Assembly: GCA_007128135.1 (NCBI GenBank)
Contig: SKYA01000028.1
Coordinates: forward strand, 1,136 to 65,135
Direction: 5' to 3'
DNA: 64,000 nucleotides
Source: Paracoccaceae bacterium
GTDB lineage: Bacteria; Pseudomonadota; Alphaproteobacteria; Rhodobacterales; Rhodobacteraceae
The translations under genes were made by a program, and so were the position numbers. Shown here piece by piece: positions 26,961-39,467 of the stretch. Each line of letters opens with the position of its first letter. Within the stretch, counting starts at the first letter, position 1. A model generated the notes under the pieces. It did no database searches and was not told where the DNA came from. It was given only the letters and a program-made list of their open reading frames with translations.

Positions 26961-28967
26961 ATGACCAACCCGCTTCTTGCCGACTGGCAGACAGAGTTCC
27001 GCCTTCCCCCCTTCTCCGAGATCGCCGACGACCATTTTGCCCCGGCCTTTGACGCCGCAATGGCTTCGGGTCGCAAGGCCTACGCGGCCATTGCCGACAC
27101 TCCCGAGCCGCCGAGCTTTGCCAACACCATCGAGGCGATGGAGTTGGCCGATGATCTGCTGGACCGCGTGGCAGGCGTGTTCTTCAATCTTGCGAGCAGC
27201 GATTCCAACCCCGCACGTGAGGGCTTGCAGCGTGAGCTTTCGCCGAAACTTTCGGCCTATTCATCCGGGATCATCAACAACCGTGCGCTGTTCGAGCGGA
27301 TCGAGGCGCTTTGGGACACGCGCGCCACGCTTGGCCTGAACGCCGAGCAGGCGCGGGTGCTGATGCTCTACCGGCGCATGTTCCTGCGCGCGGGCGCGGC
27401 GCTGCAAGGGGAGGACGCGGCGCGGCTGACCGAGGTGAAGTCCCGTCTGGCGTCGCTTGGGACGCAATTCACCCAGAACATCCTGGCAGATGAGCGCGAC
27501 TGGATGATGCCCCTTGATGACCTGTCGGGACTGCCGGATTTCGTGGTGGCAAGTGCCCGCGCTGCCGCTATGGAGCGCGGGCGCGAAGGCCATGTCATCA
27601 CGCTGAGCCGCTCGCTGATCGTGCCTTTCCTACAATTCTCGACACGTCGCGACCTGCGCGAGCAGGCCTATGCGGCATGGGTTGCGCGCGGGGCGAACGG
27701 CGGCGCGACCGACAATCGGGCGATTGCGGCCGAGATCCTCGCACTTCGCGCCGAACGCGCGGCGCTTCTGGGCCATGAGACTTTCGCCCGCTACAAGCTG
27801 GAAACCGAGATGGCGGGCACCCCCGAGGCCGTGCGCGACCTGTTGATGCAGGTCTGGGAACCCGCGCGTGCCAGCGCGCTGGCCGATGCCGAGAAACTTG
27901 AGGCATTATTGCGTGCCGATGGGCATGAGGGCCCGCTCGAACCCTGGGACTGGCGCTTCTATGCAGAAAAGCTCCGCCAGGCTGAACATGATCTCGATGA
28001 AGCCGCGCTCAAGCCCTATCTGTCACTCGAAAGCATGATCACAGCCGCGTTTGACTGCGCCAACCGACTGTTCGGACTGGAGTTTCGTCAACTGGATCTG
28101 CCCCTCTACCATCATGACGCCCGCGCATGGGAGGTCACGCGCGACGGGCGGCACATGGCGGTGTTTATCGGAGATTATTTTGCGCGGGCCTCCAAGCGTT
28201 CGGGCGCATGGTGTTCGACCATGCGCGGCCAGCGCAAGCTGGGGGGCGAACAGCGGCCCATCGTGGTGAATATCTGCAACTTTGCCAGCGGAGAACCGGC
28301 GCTGCTGTCTTATGATGATGCGCGGACCCTGTTCCACGAATTCGGTCATGCGCTGCACCAGATGCTTTCCGATGTGAGCTATAGTTTCATCGCGGGCACC
28401 TCGGTTGCGCGCGATTTCGTCGAATTGCCTAGCCAGCTTTACGAGCACTGGCTGGAAGTGCCCGAGGTCCTGGCAAGGCACGCACGTCATTTCGATACCG
28501 GCGAGGCGATGCCGCAAGACTTACTCGACCGGCTGCTTGCCGCACAGAATTTCGACCAGGGATTCGCGACTGTCGAATACGTTGCGTCGGCGCTTGTCGA
28601 TCTGGAGTTTCACGACGGCCCGCCAGTCGCGGACCCGATGCAGAAACAGGCCGAGGTGCTGGATGCGCTGGGCATGCCGCGCGCCATCCGCATGCGCCAC
28701 GCGACCCCGCATTTCGCGCATGTCTTCTCGGGTGATGGCTATTCCAGCGGCTATTACAGCTACATGTGGTCCGAAGTGATGGATGCGGATGCCTTTGACG
28801 CCTTCCGCGAGACCGGCGATGCCTTTGACCCGGCGACAGCGGCGCGGCTGGAGCGCTTCATCCTGTCGGCGGGTGGGAGCGATGAGGCCGAAACGCTCTA
28901 TACAGCGTTTCGCGGGCGCATGCCGGGCGTGGAGGCGTTGTTGAAAGGGCGGGGACTGGCGGCATAG
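26961..28967 (+). CDS. dcp: M3-family zinc metallopeptidase (peptidyl-dipeptidase Dcp-like)
   Basis: HEFGHALH zinc motif, ~670 aa, M3 family-like sequence throughout. Confidence 0.85.
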   Translation: MTNPLLADWQTEFRLPPFSEIADDHFAPAFDAAMASGRKAYAAIADTPEPPSFANTIEAMELADDLLDRVAGVFFNLASSDSNPAREGLQRELSPKLSAYSSGIINNRALFERIEALWDTRATLGLNAEQARVLMLYRRMFLRAGAALQGEDAARLTEVKSRLASLGTQFTQNILADERDWMMPLDDLSGLPDFVVASARAAAMERGREGHVITLSRSLIVPFLQFSTRRDLREQAYAAWVARGANGGATDNRAIAAEILALRAERAALLGHETFARYKLETEMAGTPEAVRDLLMQVWEPARASALADAEKLEALLRADGHEGPLEPWDWRFYAEKLRQAEHDLDEAALKPYLSLESMITAAFDCANRLFGLEFRQLDLPLYHHDARAWEVTRDGRHMAVFIGDYFARASKRSGAWCSTMRGQRKLGGEQRPIVVNICNFASGEPALLSYDDARTLFHEFGHALHQMLSDVSYSFIAGTSVARDFVELPSQLYEHWLEVPEVLARHARHFDTGEAMPQDLLDRLLAAQNFDQGFATVEYVASALVDLEFHDGPPVADPMQKQAEVLDALGMPRAIRMRHATPHFAHVFSGDGYSSGYYSYMWSEVMDADAFDAFRETGDAFDPATAARLERFILSAGGSDEAETLYTAFRGRMPGVEALLKGRGLAA

Positions 28968-28971
28968 GAAC

Positions 28972-29028
28972 GGTGGGTGCACAGCACCCACCCTACGCGA
29001 AAGGCCGGAGCGTTGTGCTCCGGCCTTT
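28972..29028. terminator. Two tandem perfect hairpins between convergent genes (bidirectional terminator candidate)
   Basis: GGTGGGTGC-ACA-GCACCCACC at 28972-28992 and AAAGGCCGGAGC-GTTGT-GCTCCGGCCTTT at 29000-29028. They lie between the dcp stop and the stop of the minus-strand 29052 gene. Confidence 0.6.
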
Positions 29029-29051
29029 GCGGTTCGGGCCAGGCCGAAACG

Positions 29052-30179
29052 TCAGATCGCGTAGCGCAGAATTGCGGCCAGATCTGCCTGTTGCGGAATG
29101 TCGGCGCGGCGGACGGCGATGACCTTTCCGCCATGGCTGATTACGCGCCCGGCAATCTCGTCGATCACCCCGTAGCTGACCGCTGAGTCTTCCTTGTCGA
29201 AGGTCACTTCACCGGTTTCCTCATCGACCAGACCCGGCACCACCGAGTCCATATCGACCAGCATGGTATCGACCGCGCCAAAGGTCGCCGCGCGGGCGGC
29301 CCGCGCCACCTGCGTGGTGGCCCGCCCTTCGTTTTCGCGCGCCGAATAAAGCGTGGCGAAACTGGCCACCGACTGGGCATTGAGTTCATCGACGATCTCG
29401 CGTGCCTGCGCACCCAGTTCATGCGCGGGAATGCGCACGGGGCTTGTCTCGACAGAATGTTGGGCCAGATGCGGATATGTGTTGATCGAGCGGTAGATCG
29501 ACAGCAGCGGATCTGTCGCCGCCAGGATCAGCGGTTCATGGCGGCCTGACAGCAACCCGCGCAGCGCCGCGTCGATCTGGCGGCAATACTGGCGCAGATG
29601 GTGTTTCTGTCCCTCGCCACTGCCCAGGCGGCCGGAATAGCTGCGCGAGTTCACATTCGCAGTGCCCGCGACCGAGGCCGCGTCCTTGGGCATGTTCGGC
29701 ACGCGCAATTCCTGCGCGGGCTGGTCGCCCAGCAATTCGATCACGCGCACCTCGTTTTCCGCCAGTGCCAGAATGAAGGCATGTTGCGGCATCGAGACGG
29801 CGCGCAGCAGCGGCTTCAGGTGAAAGCGGTCCGAAACCTGGACGTTTTCAGTCAGATGGTTCGGCAAGCGATAGCTGCGCAGCGAGTCGGGGGTGACGAA
29901 GATTGCCAGCGAATTGGCTTGCACGCGCCAGAAATCGTCATCATCCATCAGGTCGTGCAATTGCTCCTCGATCGGCCAGATGGTGCGCTTGGCCACGCCG
30001 ACTTCCTCGAGCTGGGCCACGGCTTCCTGCGCCAGTTGCTTCAGCCGTGTGCGGGCGGCGTCGATATGCTGGGTCTCGGGTGTTGTCTGCAGATAGATCG
30101 TGATCATGGCCTCACCACGGGTGGCGACAAGGGCGCTGATATCTGCAGAGGTTGGAATATCGACATAGAGCATGGACAC
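29052..30179 (-). CDS. eRF1/Pelota-like protein (bacterial archaeo-eukaryotic release factor-like, baeRF-type), function unknown
   Basis: 375 aa. The extreme C-terminus GGKVIAVRRADIPQQADLAAILRYAI resembles the G..GAILRY ending of eRF1/Pelota domain 3. A central Gly-rich loop GRLGSGEGQ occupies roughly the GGQ-loop position. Assigned from remembered motifs only. Confidence 0.5.
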   Translation of the reverse strand: MSMLYVDIPTSADISALVATRGEAMITIYLQTTPETQHIDAARTRLKQLAQEAVAQLEEVGVAKRTIWPIEEQLHDLMDDDDFWRVQANSLAIFVTPDSLRSYRLPNHLTENVQVSDRFHLKPLLRAVSMPQHAFILALAENEVRVIELLGDQPAQELRVPNMPKDAASVAGTANVNSRSYSGRLGSGEGQKHHLRQYCRQIDAALRGLLSGRHEPLILAATDPLLSIYRSINTYPHLAQHSVETSPVRIPAHELGAQAREIVDELNAQSVASFATLYSARENEGRATTQVARAARAATFGAVDTMLVDMDSVVPGLVDEETGEVTFDKEDSAVSYGVIDEIAGRVISHGGKVIAVRRADIPQQADLAAILRYAI

Positions 30180-30285
30180 AAAACTCCTTCAGGACATGTT
30201 TGCCCTGCACATGGCATGTCTTGCCCGAGGCCGCAAGCGAGAGCGGATTTTTCCCTCTCGGGTGCAATTTCACAGAGCTGTTACG

Positions 30286-30316
30286 GTTGCAGCCCCTCTG
30301 GCCCCTTCCTATATAG
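30286..30316 (+). promoter_or_regulatory. RpoH (sigma32)-type heat-shock promoter candidate for dnaKJ
   Basis: gTTG at 30286-30289, an 18-nt spacer, then CCTATATAG from 30308. This resembles the alphaproteobacterial CTTG-N17-CYTATNT consensus. It lies ~100 nt upstream of the dnaK ATG. Confidence 0.45.
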
Positions 30317-30417
30317 CCCGCAAGCGCCCCGCCCATGGGGTGTTCCACAGACCGGATGGGCCGGGGCCTGACGGGACCGCCCGCTGCCACATCGCTTGAG
30401 CAAGAGGATGCACATAT

Positions 30418-32331
30418 ATGGCTAAAGTCATCGGTATCGACCTTGGTACGACGAATTCCTGCGTTGCCATCATGGATGGCAGCCAACCCCGCGTGATCGA
30501 GAATTCCGAGGGCGCGCGCACCACGCCCTCCATTGTCGCCTTCACGGAAAACGAGCGCCTTGTCGGCCAGCCCGCCAAGCGGCAGGCCGTGACCAACCCG
30601 ACGAATACCATTTTCGCCGTCAAGCGCCTGATCGGGCGCCGTCTGACCGACGCCGAGGTGGAGAAGGACAAGAAACTCGTTCCCTACACCATCATCGACG
30701 GTGGCAATGGCGATGCCTGGGTCGAGGCCCGTGGCGAGAAATACAGCCCCTCACAGATCTCGGCCTTCATCCTTCAGAAGATGAAGGAAACAGCCGAGAG
30801 CTATCTGGGCGAGAAGGTGACCCAGGCCGTCATCACAGTGCCCGCCTATTTCAACGACGCCCAGCGTCAGGCCACCAAGGACGCCGGCAAGATTGCCGGT
30901 CTGGAAGTGCTGCGTATCATCAACGAGCCGACTGCCGCTGCGCTGGCCTATGGTCTGGACAAGAAGGACAGCAAGACCATTGCAGTCTATGACCTTGGTG
31001 GCGGCACGTTCGACATCACCATCCTGGAAATCGACGACGGGTTGTTCGAAGTGAAATCGACCAACGGGGACACGTTCCTTGGCGGTGAGGATTTCGACAT
31101 GCGGATCGTCCATTACCTGGCCGATGAGTTCAAGAAAGAGCATGGCGTTGACCTGACGCTCGACAAGATGGCGCTGCAGCGACTGAAAGAGGCCGCCGAG
31201 AAAGCCAAGATCGAGCTCAGCTCGTCCAGCCAGACCGAGATCAACCAGCCCTTCATCTCGATGGACAGGAACACCGGCCAGCCGCTGCACCTTGTCATGA
31301 AGCTGACCCGCGCGAAGCTCGAATCCCTGGTCGCCGACCTGATCAAGAACTCGCTCAAGCCCTGTGCAGCCGCGCTGAAGGATGCTGGCCTGTCGAAGGG
31401 CGATATCGACGAGGTAATCCTCGTCGGCGGCATGACCCGCATGCCGAAGGTGATCGAGGAAGTGACCAGTTTCTTCGGCAAGGAGCCGCACAAGGGGGTG
31501 AACCCCGATGAAGTGGTTGCCATGGGCGCCGCCATTCAGGCCGGGGTGTTGCAGGGCGACGTGAAGGACGTGGTCCTGCTGGATGTCACGCCGCTTTCTC
31601 TGGGTATCGAGACTCTGGGAGGTGTCTTCACCCGGCTGATCGACCGCAACACGACCATTCCGACCAAGAAGAGCCAGGTCTTCTCGACGGCCGAGGACAA
31701 TCAGAACGCGGTGACGATCCGCGTCTTCCAGGGCGAGCGCGAGATGGCAGCGGATAACAAGCTGCTGGGCCAGTTCAATCTTGAAGACATCCCGCCCGCG
31801 CCACGCGGAATGCCTCAGATCGAGGTCACCTTCGATATCGACGCCAACGGCATCGTGAATGTCTCGGCCAGGGACAAGGGGACCGGCAAGGAGCAGAAGA
31901 TCACCATCCAGGCCTCGGGCGGTCTGTCGGACGAGGATATCGAGAAGATGGTCCGCGATGCCGAGGCCAATGCCGAAGCAGACAAGAAGCGTCGCGAACT
32001 GGTCGAGGCGAGGAACGAGGCCGAAAGCCTGATCCATTCGACCGAAAAGGCCGTGGAAGAGCACAAGGACAAGGTGGACCCGACGACCGTCGAGGCCATC
32101 GAGCTTGCGATTGCAGCACTGAAGGACACGCTCGAAGGTGAGGAGGCCGGCAAGATCAAGTCCGGCATCCAGAATGTGCGCGAAGCATCCATGAAGCTGG
32201 GCGAGGCGATCTACAAGGCGCAGGCCGAGGCGGCTGAAAATGCCGACGTGAGCAACGACGAGCCGCGCGACGTGGATGACGACATTGTCGATGCCGATTT
32301 CGAGGATCTTGGCGACGACAAGCGTAACTGA
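30418..32331 (+). CDS. dnaK: Molecular chaperone DnaK (Hsp70)
   Basis: Full-length canonical Hsp70 sequence ([34 protein letters not shown]). Confidence 0.98.
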   Translation: MAKVIGIDLGTTNSCVAIMDGSQPRVIENSEGARTTPSIVAFTENERLVGQPAKRQAVTNPTNTIFAVKRLIGRRLTDAEVEKDKKLVPYTIIDGGNGDAWVEARGEKYSPSQISAFILQKMKETAESYLGEKVTQAVITVPAYFNDAQRQATKDAGKIAGLEVLRIINEPTAAALAYGLDKKDSKTIAVYDLGGGTFDITILEIDDGLFEVKSTNGDTFLGGEDFDMRIVHYLADEFKKEHGVDLTLDKMALQRLKEAAEKAKIELSSSSQTEINQPFISMDRNTGQPLHLVMKLTRAKLESLVADLIKNSLKPCAAALKDAGLSKGDIDEVILVGGMTRMPKVIEEVTSFFGKEPHKGVNPDEVVAMGAAIQAGVLQGDVKDVVLLDVTPLSLGIETLGGVFTRLIDRNTTIPTKKSQVFSTAEDNQNAVTIRVFQGEREMAADNKLLGQFNLEDIPPAPRGMPQIEVTFDIDANGIVNVSARDKGTGKEQKITIQASGGLSDEDIEKMVRDAEANAEADKKRRELVEARNEAESLIHSTEKAVEEHKDKVDPTTVEAIELAIAALKDTLEGEEAGKIKSGIQNVREASMKLGEAIYKAQAEAAENADVSNDEPRDVDDDIVDADFEDLGDDKRN

Positions 32332-32351
32332 AGCAGCGGTGCATAACGGAT

Positions 32352-32378
32352 AACCGGTCTGAGCCTCTCAGGCCGGTT
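32352..32378 (+). terminator. Stem-loop between dnaK and dnaJ (attenuator / partial terminator candidate)
   Basis: AACCGGTCTGA-GCCTC-TCAGGCCGGTT forms an 11-bp stem with one G-U pair, followed by GTCTTGTGG. Confidence 0.4.
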
Positions 32379-32400
32379 GTCTTGTGGGGAAAAGATCATC

Positions 32401-33555
32401 ATGGCCAAACGTGATTTCTATGATGTGCTCGGCGTCAACCGCCAGGCTACGGCCGAGGAGATCAAGAAAGCCTATCGCAAGAAGGCCAAGGAACTCCACC
32501 CCGATCGCAATGCAGACAACCCTCAGGCCGAGGCTCAGTTCAAGGAAGTGAACGAGGCTTATGACGCCCTCAAGGACCCTGACAGGAAAGCGGCTTATGA
32601 CCGGTTCGGTCATGCCGCATTCGAGGGGGGCATGGGCAATGGCGGGCGTGGCGGGCACCCGGGCGGCTTTGGAGGTTCGGGCGATTTCGCAAGCGCCTTC
32701 TCAGATGTGTTCGAGGACCTGTTCGGCGATTTCGTCGGCGGTGGCCGCGGAGGGGCGCGTTCGCGTGCGGCGCGCGGGTCGGACCTGCGCTATAACCTGC
32801 GCATCTCGTTGGAAGAAGCCTATGCCGGCACGCGGAAAACTATTCGCGTGCCGCGCCTGTCGGCCTGCGAGGAGTGCAATGGCTCCGGGGCAGAGGGTGG
32901 CGCCGAGCCTGTGACATGCCCCACCTGTTCGGGCATGGGCAAGGTTCGTGCGCAGCAGGGTTTCTTCACGGTGGAGCGGTCTTGCCCGACCTGTGGCGGC
33001 TCGGGGCAGATCGTCAAGAATCCATGTAAGGCCTGTGCCGGGGCAGGGCGGATCGAGAAAGAGGCCAGCCTGTCGGTGAACATTCCGCCGGGCGTGGAAA
33101 CCGGGACGCGCATCCGCCTGTCGGGCGAGGGCGAGGCGGGATTGCGTGGCGGACCGGCGGGAGATCTTTACATTTTCGTAAACGTGGCCGAACACCCGAT
33201 CTTCAAGCGGGACGATGTGACACTGTTCTGCCGTGTGCCCGTGAGCATGGCGCGCGCTGCCCTTGGTGGCGAGGTGGAGGTGCCCACGATCGACGGCGGA
33301 CGCTCGCGTGTCAAGGTCCCGGCAGGTAGCCAGTCCGGGCGGCAGATGCGGCTGCGTGGCAAGGGGATGCCCGCCTTGCGCGGCGGCGGTCAGGGCGACA
33401 TGCTGATCGAACTGGCGGTCGAGACCCCGGTGAACCTCACCTCCCGGCAGAAAGAGCTTCTGGAGGAATTCGAGAAGCTCAGCGCCGAGAACAATCCCGA
33501 AAGTTCCAGCTTCTTTGACAAGGTCAAGGGATTCTGGGACGGGATGAAAGGCTGA
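32401..33555 (+). CDS. dnaJ: Molecular chaperone DnaJ (Hsp40)
   Basis: [13 protein letters not shown]-domain with HPD, a G/F-rich region and four CxxCxGxG zinc motifs. ATG at 32401. Confidence 0.97.
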   Translation: MAKRDFYDVLGVNRQATAEEIKKAYRKKAKELHPDRNADNPQAEAQFKEVNEAYDALKDPDRKAAYDRFGHAAFEGGMGNGGRGGHPGGFGGSGDFASAFSDVFEDLFGDFVGGGRGGARSRAARGSDLRYNLRISLEEAYAGTRKTIRVPRLSACEECNGSGAEGGAEPVTCPTCSGMGKVRAQQGFFTVERSCPTCGGSGQIVKNPCKACAGAGRIEKEASLSVNIPPGVETGTRIRLSGEGEAGLRGGPAGDLYIFVNVAEHPIFKRDDVTLFCRVPVSMARAALGGEVEVPTIDGGRSRVKVPAGSQSGRQMRLRGKGMPALRGGGQGDMLIELAVETPVNLTSRQKELLEEFEKLSAENNPESSSFFDKVKGFWDGMKG

Positions 33556-33568
33556 TCGGGGCTGCGGG

Positions 33569-33907
33569 TCAGATATGGCAGGCCCGCGCCACGCGCTCTT
33601 CGATGGCATCACGCTCCCGCAGCAGACGCCGGACCTGTGCATCACGGGGCAAGCCTGCGCCCGCTCCCGCGGCGACACAGGCAACCTGATTGCCCGGAAC
33701 CAGCATGCATTGGTAACTGGTGTAGCCTCGGCTGGCCAGGGTCGCGCTGAAGCCCATGCTGCCCGATGATCGCGCGGCGTCGATCTTCATGTCATGGACC
33801 CGCAGGTCATGGCTTGCGCTGTCGCAGCCATGGGTCGTGCGGCTGGGCGCAAAGCTGGCGCAACCCGCAACAAGGATCGTGCCTGCCATCAGGATAAGTA
33901 TCCGCAT
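33569..33907 (-). CDS. Hypothetical lipoprotein (112 aa)
   Basis: MRILILMAGTILVAGC lipobox. Several further Cys residues. No family recognised. Confidence 0.5.
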   Translation of the reverse strand: MRILILMAGTILVAGCASFAPSRTTHGCDSASHDLRVHDMKIDAARSSGSMGFSATLASRGYTSYQCMLVPGNQVACVAAGAGAGLPRDAQVRRLLRERDAIEERVARACHI

Positions 33908-34080
33908 GATCTGTCCCATCCTGTCGAAATAGAAACCTGTCGGAAATCGGCTCGTCATGCCAAGGTGTCAGCCGCATGCGATGCACGCGGCTGACAGGTG
34001 TATTGCCTAAAGGAGAACTCGCGTCTTGCACGTTACCCGCATGCAGGACCTGTCCCCCGATGGCGCACCGGGTCGCAGGA

Positions 34081-34377
34081 TCAGCTTCCCTTCTTGCAGG
34101 CTGCTGGACGCATCACATAGTGGCCAGCGCGCACAAGGTGCTTCTTCTCTTCATACACAGCGGGGTAGTGCATGCGATAGATCTGTTCGCCAGCGGTTCC
34201 GTTGCGATACTCCAGCTTGGTTTTGGCGGCTTTTACCAGATGCTTGGTGACCCGGTATTCAGGTGCCACATAGACGTAGTCAAAACATTCGACCACATGG
34301 CCTTTCCATGCTGCCGCCGGTGTCGCGAAAAACGGAGCCATTGCCAGAGCCAGCGCCGGGAGTGCGATCTTCTTCAT
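34081..34377 (-). CDS. Hypothetical secreted small protein (98 aa)
   Basis: Signal peptide MKKIALPALALAMAPFFATPAAA. GGAGGA-type RBS (revcomp of TCCTCCGAG at 34384-34390). No family recognised. Confidence 0.5.
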   Translation of the reverse strand: MKKIALPALALAMAPFFATPAAAWKGHVVECFDYVYVAPEYRVTKHLVKAAKTKLEYRNGTAGEQIYRMHYPAVYEEKKHLVRAGHYVMRPAACKKGS

Positions 34378-34601
34378 TTTAGTCCTCCGAGTGATAGGGA
34401 TTGGTGTATATTTTTTTGACTACTCAAATGCCTCGCAAAGTGCGCAGATTCCTGCTGGTTCACAGAGAAATGCCGCACTTGTGATTACGCTAGCACCAAG
34501 TAACCTTTCTGGCAACATTAGAGATCATGAATGGATCACAGTTAATCCATTGTTATCATTTGTGCCGTCAGAATGGGAGCATGGAGACGAGAGGCCCTGG
34601 A

Positions 34602-35351
34602 ATGACCGAATCCGTGATGCCTTTGTTCGAGGCGGATCAAGGCGCTGCGGCGCAGCCCGTGGCCACGGCCTCGCGCATCCCGTCCTACTTGCGCGATCAC
34701 CGCAAGCGTCTGCGAGAGCGCTTCCTGTCCGGGGGCAGCGCGGCCTGTGCTGATTACGAACTGCTCGAACTGATCCTCTTTCGCGCCATCCCGCGTCAGG
34801 ATGTGAAGCCGCTGGCGCGCCAGCTCCTTGACACATTCGGCGATCTGAGCGCGGTCATCGCCGCTTCTGCGGGCAGGCTGCGCGCGATTCCGGGTGTCGG
34901 TGAGGCGGTTCTGACAGAACTAAAGCTGATTGAAGCCTGCGCGCATCGCATGGCGCGTGCGCGGATCATGGATCGCCCGGTCATCTCGGGCTGGCAGGCG
35001 CTGCTCGACTATTGCCATACGGCCATGTCGCACCGCGAGACCGAGCAATTCCGGGTTCTGTTTCTGGACCGCAAGAATGTCCTTATCGCGGATGAGGCGC
35101 AGGGCGAGGGCACGGTCGATCATGTGCCCGTCTATCCGCGCGAGGTTTTGCGCCGGGCGCTGGAACTGAATGCATCGGCGCTGATCCTCGTTCACAACCA
35201 CCCGTCGGGCGACCCTTCGCCCTCGCAGGCAGATATCACCATGACCGAGGCAATTCGCGCTGCTGGCGAAGCGCTCTCGGTCATGCTGCATGATCACATC
35301 ATCATCGGCAAGTCACGCGAACTGAGCTTCCGAAGTGAAGGCTATCTGTAG
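34602..35351 (+). CDS. radC: RadC-like JAB/MPN domain protein (UPF0758)
   Basis: HhH-like N-terminal half (DYELLELILFRAIPRQDVKPLARQLL, IPGVGEA) and the JAMM motif HNHPSGDPSPS. The start could be 34581 or 34602. Confidence 0.85.
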   Translation: MTESVMPLFEADQGAAAQPVATASRIPSYLRDHRKRLRERFLSGGSAACADYELLELILFRAIPRQDVKPLARQLLDTFGDLSAVIAASAGRLRAIPGVGEAVLTELKLIEACAHRMARARIMDRPVISGWQALLDYCHTAMSHRETEQFRVLFLDRKNVLIADEAQGEGTVDHVPVYPREVLRRALELNASALILVHNHPSGDPSPSQADITMTEAIRAAGEALSVMLHDHIIIGKSRELSFRSEGYL

Positions 35352-36442
35352 TGGTCCGCTCGGGGTTGCGCTGCGACCGTCGGGGAGTCGTGCATCAACG
35401 TCGCGTGCCGGGGTGCTTCCAGCGTCAGGGGCATGACCAGAATGCCCGTCTCGGTAGGGCAATCGGGCACGGAAAAGGTCATTTCCCTGACCTTGGCATC
35501 GGTGCCCGGACCGGTCTGCAGCAGATAGGCCGACATGTCGCGACCGCAGAGCAACTCCGTATAGCGCATCTCGACCTCGACACGCGCCCGCAGGGCGTGT
35601 TCCGCCGGAATCGAGTAGATTTCGGCCAGCATCGGTTCCGGACCTTGCGATTCCCCCAGCGAGATCAGGAAGGCCGCGTCATGATTGGGGTCGAAAGGGC
35701 GGGAGGCATGGATATGCCCGTCGCTGCCAAAATCCGCCCCGTCGTGATAGGCATGAAGTGAGAAATCGGCACTGCCCGACCATTGCAGGATGATGCGCAG
35801 ATGCTCTTCGACACCCTCGACCGTGACGGCGGCATTCAGAAACTGGTCATCCGACAGGAAGACATCGATCTTCGCTTCGCGCGCGAGTGCGGGCAGGTAG
35901 CTGCTGAAATGCCCGTCCGGCGAGGTGTACCCGCTGAAGGCAAGGTCGCCATGGCTTATGACAAGGCGCTCATCGGGGTAGCAGGGGGCTGAGAGCCGAA
36001 GCTCTATCAGCGCATCCACACCTGCGGTCGCGGTAAGCTGCGGTGTGCAACTCTCGCCTGTTTCGGTCGCGCCTGGCTCAAGGCGGGCCATTTCGGGGGC
36101 GAAATCGGTTCCGGGCCTGCGCGTTCCTGGCGATGCTTCGTCTTGCAGCGCGGCCAGGCGGTCGTCAGCTTCGGCCATGGAGTGGCCAGTTGTCAGCCCC
36201 TGTGCCAGATCTGTCGGTAGCTCGGGCGTTTTCGCGCCATTGGCGCGCTGTTCCAGCTTGACCTGGGTGCCGCTCGAGACAAGACCTGCGCCAAGAACCT
36301 GTTCGGGCTGGGCCGTCACTCTGGCCGAGCTGCCCGCAGGCGCCGGAGTGGGTTTGTTCAGAAAATTCTGCGCTGCATAGGTAGATGCCGCTATTCCGGC
36401 AATCACGATTGCCGCGCTGCGAATGATGATCTGCTTTTTCAT
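35342..36442 (-). CDS. Hypothetical membrane-anchored / exported protein (366 aa)
   Basis: MKKQIIIRSAAIVIAGIAASTYAA signal/anchor, then a low-complexity linker and a ~230-aa C-terminal domain. Downstream of secA on the same strand. The stop overlaps the radC stop region by 10 nt. Confidence 0.6.
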   Translation of the reverse strand: MKKQIIIRSAAIVIAGIAASTYAAQNFLNKPTPAPAGSSARVTAQPEQVLGAGLVSSGTQVKLEQRANGAKTPELPTDLAQGLTTGHSMAEADDRLAALQDEASPGTRRPGTDFAPEMARLEPGATETGESCTPQLTATAGVDALIELRLSAPCYPDERLVISHGDLAFSGYTSPDGHFSSYLPALAREAKIDVFLSDDQFLNAAVTVEGVEEHLRIILQWSGSADFSLHAYHDGADFGSDGHIHASRPFDPNHDAAFLISLGESQGPEPMLAEIYSIPAEHALRARVEVEMRYTELLCGRDMSAYLLQTGPGTDAKVREMTFSVPDCPTETGILVMPLTLEAPRHATLMHDSPTVAAQPRADHYR

Positions 36443-36556
36443 TGCCTGCCCACACCTTTTGCCTGTGGGCGAGAAGGTGCCGGATGAATCGGGCTCCAAT
36501 AGGGCCAAACAAAGGAAATCCGGCCCAATTCGAGTCAAATCCGACAGGTCTTTCTG

Positions 36557-39247
<2,691 letters not shown>

Positions 39248-39467
39248 GCGCTCTTGCCTCTTTCTACCTGTTGCCGCCCTGAACCGGACCGCTAACCAAA
39301 TCGTCATGGACCTGCGCCCGTCCGCGGGGTTGTGGGCCCGCACAAGCTTCCATAGAAGGACAGGTGAACCGCGCGGCCCAACAAGGCCAAACCTGCACGC
39401 GATGTAATGGGCGGTCTGAACAGTGTCAACGAGGCGGACCCAAAGCGCCTGCGCAAGAGAGGTAAAG

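Noticed and set aside
30257-30284. GTAACA-N18-CGAG on the minus strand upstream of the baeRF-like gene, resembling the SigF promoter motif
   Set aside because: The spacer is 18 rather than 16 nt and the -10 is CGAG rather than CGAA. This is insufficient to claim SigF control.
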